From contig CAZXTN010000001.1 in the NCBI GenBank assembly GCA_964643685.1, forward strand, positions 118,737 through 182,736: 64,000 nt of DNA, read 5' to 3'. Positions 60,103 to 64,000 of the stretch are shown here, piece by piece (position 1 is the first letter of the stretch; each line of letters begins with the position of its first letter). Below the pieces are notes generated by a model. That model was not told where the DNA came from. It made no database searches and saw nothing but the letters and a program-made list of their open reading frames with translations. The translations under genes were made by a program, and so were the position numbers. This stretch comes from Candidatus Micrarchaeota archaeon (lineage in GTDB: Archaea; B1Sed10-29; JAJRYS01).

Positions 60103-63100
60103 TTGAAAATGAAGGTTTTTGACATAATACAAGAGCAGATGAAAAAAGCTTATGAAGAAGCAGCTGAAGCAAGAGCAATGGGCATTGATGCAGGTGAAGA
60201 AGTAGAGATAACCCAGGCATCTGACTTGGCTGCCAGAACAGAGGGGCTTGTTGGCCCACCTGGTTCAGCTGAAAGAATAAGAGAGTTGATAAAAGAACAT
60301 GGAAGAGACAAAGCAGCTTTAAAAATAATTGAAGAGATAATTGAAGGAAAATTTATAAAAGGAACAGACGCAGAGAGGGTGGAGCAGGCAATAAGAACAG
60401 CAATAACAATGCTTACAGAAGGCATTCTTGTTGCAGGAACAGAAGGGATAGCAAAAGTAGAGGTTAACAAAAACCCTGACAATACTGAGTACTTAAGCTT
60501 GTATTTCGCATCTCCAATCCGTTCAGCTGGAGGAACAGCAGCTGGGTTAGCTGTAATGGTTGCTGATTATGCAAGAAAATTAGTTGGCTTGGACAGGTAC
60601 AAGCCTAAAGAAGAAGAAGTAGAGAGGTATGTTGAAGAAATAGCTTTGTATAACAGTTCAATTTCACGTCTTCAATACAATCCAACTGAAGATGAAATCA
60701 GAAAAATAATAAGCAACTGTCCTGTATGCGTTGACGGCGAACCAACTTCAACTGTGGAAGTAAGTGTTTACAAAAATCTTGAAAGAGTGAAGACAAACTG
60801 CGTGAGAGGAGGGATGTGCCTCGTAGTAGCAGAGGGGCTTGCTCAAAAAGCACCTAAACTTCTGAAATTTTCAAACAAGCATGACATAGGATGGAACTGG
60901 CTTGAATCACTTGTAAAAGTCGTGAAAAAAAGCGGAAAAATTGAAATACAGCCAATAACAAAATACTTGAAAGAAGTTGTAGGCGGACGCCCTATCTTCG
61001 CTTACCCTTCAACTCCAGGCGGATTCAGGTTAAGGTACGGCAGGGCAAGAAACACTGGAATCAATTCAAGAGCAGTGCATCCTGCTTCAATGGAAATACT
61101 TGACGAGTTTCCAGTCATAGGAACGCAGTTGAAAATCGAACGCCCTAAAAAAGGCTGCGCTTTGACTCCATGCGACAAAATAGAGCCCCCTGTAGTCCTG
61201 TTGAAAAACGGCGACGTTGTACGCGTGAAAAATTTCGAAGAAGCTAAAAAACTGAAAAAAGAAGTCAAAGAAATTCTTTTCCTTGGAGACATGCTTGTTC
61301 CTTACGGCGATTTTTTAAATGCTAATCACCCTTTGATTCCAAGCGGCATAGTTGAAGAATGGTGGAACTTGATTGTTGAAAAAAAAGGAGTAAAAGTTCC
61401 TGAGAATTTGACAGCTGAAGAAGCTGTTGGTTTAAGCAGACTGCATAGCATTCCACTGCATCCTAAATACACTTATTTTTACGCAGATGTTTCAAAAGAA
61501 CAAATCAAAGAGCTTGTTGAATGGCTGAAAACAGGAAAAGCAGAGGTAATTGGAGGACTGCTTGACAAGAAAACAAGAAGATTAGTGGTTGAAAACAAAG
61601 AAGCTAAAAGGGTTCTTGAATTGCTCTGCGTGCCTCATAAACTAAGGGAAGGAAGAGTCATTATAGAGGATTCTTTTGCTTTGGAGGAGACTCTTGGTTT
61701 AAGCAAGGAAATTGACTTGGAAAAATTAAGTGAAGAAAAAGAAGACGCGTTGGAATTAGTTAATGCTCTTGCTGGCTTTCCTGTTTATAATAAGGCGCCT
61801 GTTTACATTGGTGCTAGGATGGGACGTCCTGAAAAATCAAAGGAGAGAAAAATGAACCCTGCACCAAACGGCTTATTTCCAGTTGGAAACTATGGAGGGA
61901 AGACAAGAAGCGTTGAAAAAGCAGCTGAGAAAGGAAAAATTACTCTTGAACTGCCTAATCTTGTTTGTGAAAAATGCGGCAAGGAGTTGTTGTCTTACAA
62001 ATGCGATGAATGCGGCGGAAGGGCTGTTGTAAAAAGAGTGTGCATTAATTGCGGAAAATTCAATGAAAGTGAAACTTGCAAATACTGCGGAGGCAGGACT
62101 TCTGGTTACAGGAAAAGGATCGTTGACTTAGGTGAAATTTTAAACAAAGCTCTTGTAAACTTAAGTGAAAACAAGGCTCCTGAAAAAATGAAAGGAGTTA
62201 TTGGAACAATTAGTGATGACAAGTACTTTGAACCTCTTGAAAAACTTGTTTTAAGAGCTAAGCACAAGGTATGGTGCTTTAAAGACGGCACTGCTAGAAT
62301 CGATGCAACGAACCTGCCTTTGACTCATTTCAAGCCAAGGGAGATTCACTTGACTGTTGAAAAAGCAAGGGAACTTGGTTACGAAAAAGATTATCTGGGA
62401 AACGAGCTTGTTGATGAAGAACAGATTGTGGAGCTATGGCCTCAGGATGTAGTGATTTCAGAAGCAGCTGGTGATTACTTTGTAAGAGTATGCAATTTTG
62501 TTGATGACGAGCTTGTGAAATTTTACAAGAAAAAACCTTATTACAACGTTAAAGAAAAAGAGGACTTGATTGGCAAGCTAGTGCTTGGAATGGCTCCGCA
62601 TATTTCAGCTGGGACTCTTGGAAGAATAATTGGTTTCACTAAAGCACGCGGAACTTACGCTCATCCTTACTTTCACGGAGCAACTAGAAGAGACTGCGAC
62701 GGAGATGAAAACTCATTGACTTTGTTAATGGATGCTTTGATTAATTTTTCAAAGAAGTACTTGCCTTCAAAAGCAGGTGGAACAGAAGACATTCCATTAA
62801 TTTTGTCAACTAAAATCAACCCAAGTGAAGTTGACGACCAAGTATGGGATGTTGAAACAATAAGCCACTTGCCTCTTGAATTCTACGAAGCAGCTGAAAA
62901 AATAGTAAACGCGTACGACGTTAAAATTCCAATAATTAAAGACAAGCTTGGGAAAGAAGATGAGATGTATGGAATTAATTTCATGTTTGACACTTACTCT
63001 ATTGATGAAGGCCCTCATCAATCCAACTACACTCAATTAGGTGCTATGAGCGAGAAAGTGCAGAGGCAGTTGGAATTAGCTGAAAAAATAAGAGCAGTTG

Positions 63101-63441
63101 ATGAAAAAGACGTTGCTAAAAAAATAATCAACTCCCATTTCTTGAGGGACATTTACGGCAACCTGCGTTCGTTCGGACAGCAGAGTTTCAGATGCGTTGA
63201 CTGCAATGCTAAGTACAGGAGAGTCCCTTTAAGCGGAAAATGCACTAAATGCGGAGGCAAGTTGTTGTTGACAGTGCATAGGGGAGGCATTGAGAAGTAC
63301 TTGAAAGTGTCGCAGGAAATGGCTGAAAAATACGGGCTAGGGGACTATTTGGAGCAAAGGTTGAAGTTGATTGAAACTGATTTGGAAATGATTTTCGAAA
63401 GCGAAAAATCAAAACAATATTCACTATCAAGCTTCATGTGA
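60103..63441 (+). CDS. DNA polymerase II (PolD) large subunit DP2
   Basis: 1112 aa; cysteine clusters CEKCG..CDECGG, CINCG..CKYCGG, CVDCN..CTKCGG; no intein. Confidence 0.9.
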   Translation: MKMKVFDIIQEQMKKAYEEAAEARAMGIDAGEEVEITQASDLAARTEGLVGPPGSAERIRELIKEHGRDKAALKIIEEIIEGKFIKGTDAERVEQAIRTAITMLTEGILVAGTEGIAKVEVNKNPDNTEYLSLYFASPIRSAGGTAAGLAVMVADYARKLVGLDRYKPKEEEVERYVEEIALYNSSISRLQYNPTEDEIRKIISNCPVCVDGEPTSTVEVSVYKNLERVKTNCVRGGMCLVVAEGLAQKAPKLLKFSNKHDIGWNWLESLVKVVKKSGKIEIQPITKYLKEVVGGRPIFAYPSTPGGFRLRYGRARNTGINSRAVHPASMEILDEFPVIGTQLKIERPKKGCALTPCDKIEPPVVLLKNGDVVRVKNFEEAKKLKKEVKEILFLGDMLVPYGDFLNANHPLIPSGIVEEWWNLIVEKKGVKVPENLTAEEAVGLSRLHSIPLHPKYTYFYADVSKEQIKELVEWLKTGKAEVIGGLLDKKTRRLVVENKEAKRVLELLCVPHKLREGRVIIEDSFALEETLGLSKEIDLEKLSEEKEDALELVNALAGFPVYNKAPVYIGARMGRPEKSKERKMNPAPNGLFPVGNYGGKTRSVEKAAEKGKITLELPNLVCEKCGKELLSYKCDECGGRAVVKRVCINCGKFNESETCKYCGGRTSGYRKRIVDLGEILNKALVNLSENKAPEKMKGVIGTISDDKYFEPLEKLVLRAKHKVWCFKDGTARIDATNLPLTHFKPREIHLTVEKARELGYEKDYLGNELVDEEQIVELWPQDVVISEAAGDYFVRVCNFVDDELVKFYKKKPYYNVKEKEDLIGKLVLGMAPHISAGTLGRIIGFTKARGTYAHPYFHGATRRDCDGDENSLTLLMDALINFSKKYLPSKAGGTEDIPLILSTKINPSEVDDQVWDVETISHLPLEFYEAAEKIVNAYDVKIPIIKDKLGKEDEMYGINFMFDTYSIDEGPHQSNYTQLGAMSEKVQRQLELAEKIRAVDEKDVAKKIINSHFLRDIYGNLRSFGQQSFRCVDCNAKYRRVPLSGKCTKCGGKLLLTVHRGGIEKYLKVSQEMAEKYGLGDYLEQRLKLIETDLEMIFESEKSKQYSLSSFM

Positions 63442-63470
63442 AAAAAGAAGAGCATAGCTAGGGGCTAGAG

Positions 63471-64000
63471 TTAGATTACTTCTTGTTTTCTTAGCCCTCC
63501 ATTGTTGTTCATGTAAGTAAAAGGCACTTTTCCTATTATTTTATGTGGTTTTTTAACCATTGGTATTCCAAGTTCTTTTGCTTTTTGTTCATAAAATTTT
63601 AAAATTAATTGTTTTGCTTGAGTGTTATGCGAGTAAATGTCATCTAAATATAACTCCCATTCGCCTGAACTATTTTTTGTTAAATACATGACTGCTCTTG
63701 CTTCCATTTTTCCTGTTTCTGTGTTTATTATTATAATTGGTTTTTTGGTTGCGTCCCCTATAAAACTCACTAAAGCAGGGTTAAATCTTCCTTTACTTAA
63801 GTAAGATTGGCAGGTGTTAAACTCTTTCCCAATATTAAACCACGATACGACATCTGCTTCATCGCTTGCTTTTAAAACTGCCTCTTTTTCATTTGTTTTT
63901 GCAAGTAGTCCTGCTGCATATTGTAAGTGTTTTGATGCATCTGAATTCTCTTCTGTAATCTGTTTTATTAGCTCTTGTATTTTGTTTTGAGCTTTGCCAT
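63471..64000 (-). CDS. hypothetical protein (3' portion; gene continues beyond window end on - strand)
   Basis: Minus-strand frame open from nt 64000 down to stop at 63471. Confidence 0.5.
   Translation of the reverse strand, partial: GKAQNKIQELIKQITEENSDASKHLQYAAGLLAKTNEKEAVLKASDEADVVSWFNIGKEFNTCQSYLSKGRFNPALVSFIGDATKKPIIIINTETGKMEARAVMYLTKNSSGEWELYLDDIYSHNTQAKQLILKFYEQKAKELGIPMVKKPHKIIGKVPFTYMNNNGGLRKQEVI

Overview
The window is AT-rich archaeal DNA with the coding strand almost uniformly A-rich on the + strand. The profile fits a DPANN-type genome: long K/E-rich tails on ribosomal proteins, multi-intron tRNAs, and a 'GGTGAT' Shine-Dalgarno ~6-9 nt upstream of many starts. Positions 1-33700 are the conserved archaeal transcription/translation superoperon (rpoA1 C-terminal part, rpoA2, L30e, NusA, S12, S7, EF-2, EF-1alpha, S10, then L3 through L15, SecY and onward to S2). 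A tRNA-Ser(TGA) with an intron, a Nudix hydrolase, archease and the RtcB tRNA ligase are inserted between S10 and L3. Downstream lie a truncated GluRS-like gene, L7Ae, S28e, L24e, Adk, aIF5B, S6e, aIF2-gamma, a PIN protein, pyrophosphatase, RpoE', Spt4, S24e, S27ae, a CPBP protease and Kae1. These are followed by a TPD-motif nuclease-like gene (- strand), Bud32, S15, S3Ae and a DUF92 membrane protein. The minus-strand block carries a KaiC-like ATPase, SecD/SecF, arcTGT, MscS and a hypothetical membrane protein. The window ends with TrmI, a Nog1-like GTPase, UPF0147, TyrRS, both PolD subunits and a partial minus-strand gene. The most unusual observations are:
- a GC-rich tRNA-Gln locus where a two-intron tRNA-Gln(TTG) is nested between duplicated copies of its own 5' and 3' termini that can base-pair;
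- a tri-intronic tRNA-Ser(GGA);
- a two-copy conserved 23-25 aa sORF/RNA motif sitting immediately upstream of two unrelated genes;
- two +1 frameshifts at poly-A tracts at gene 5' ends (APRT-like, aIF2-gamma);
- a catalytic-core-only GluRS with a GatB/YqeY-like N-terminal domain.
No CRISPR arrays, rRNA genes or inteins were seen.
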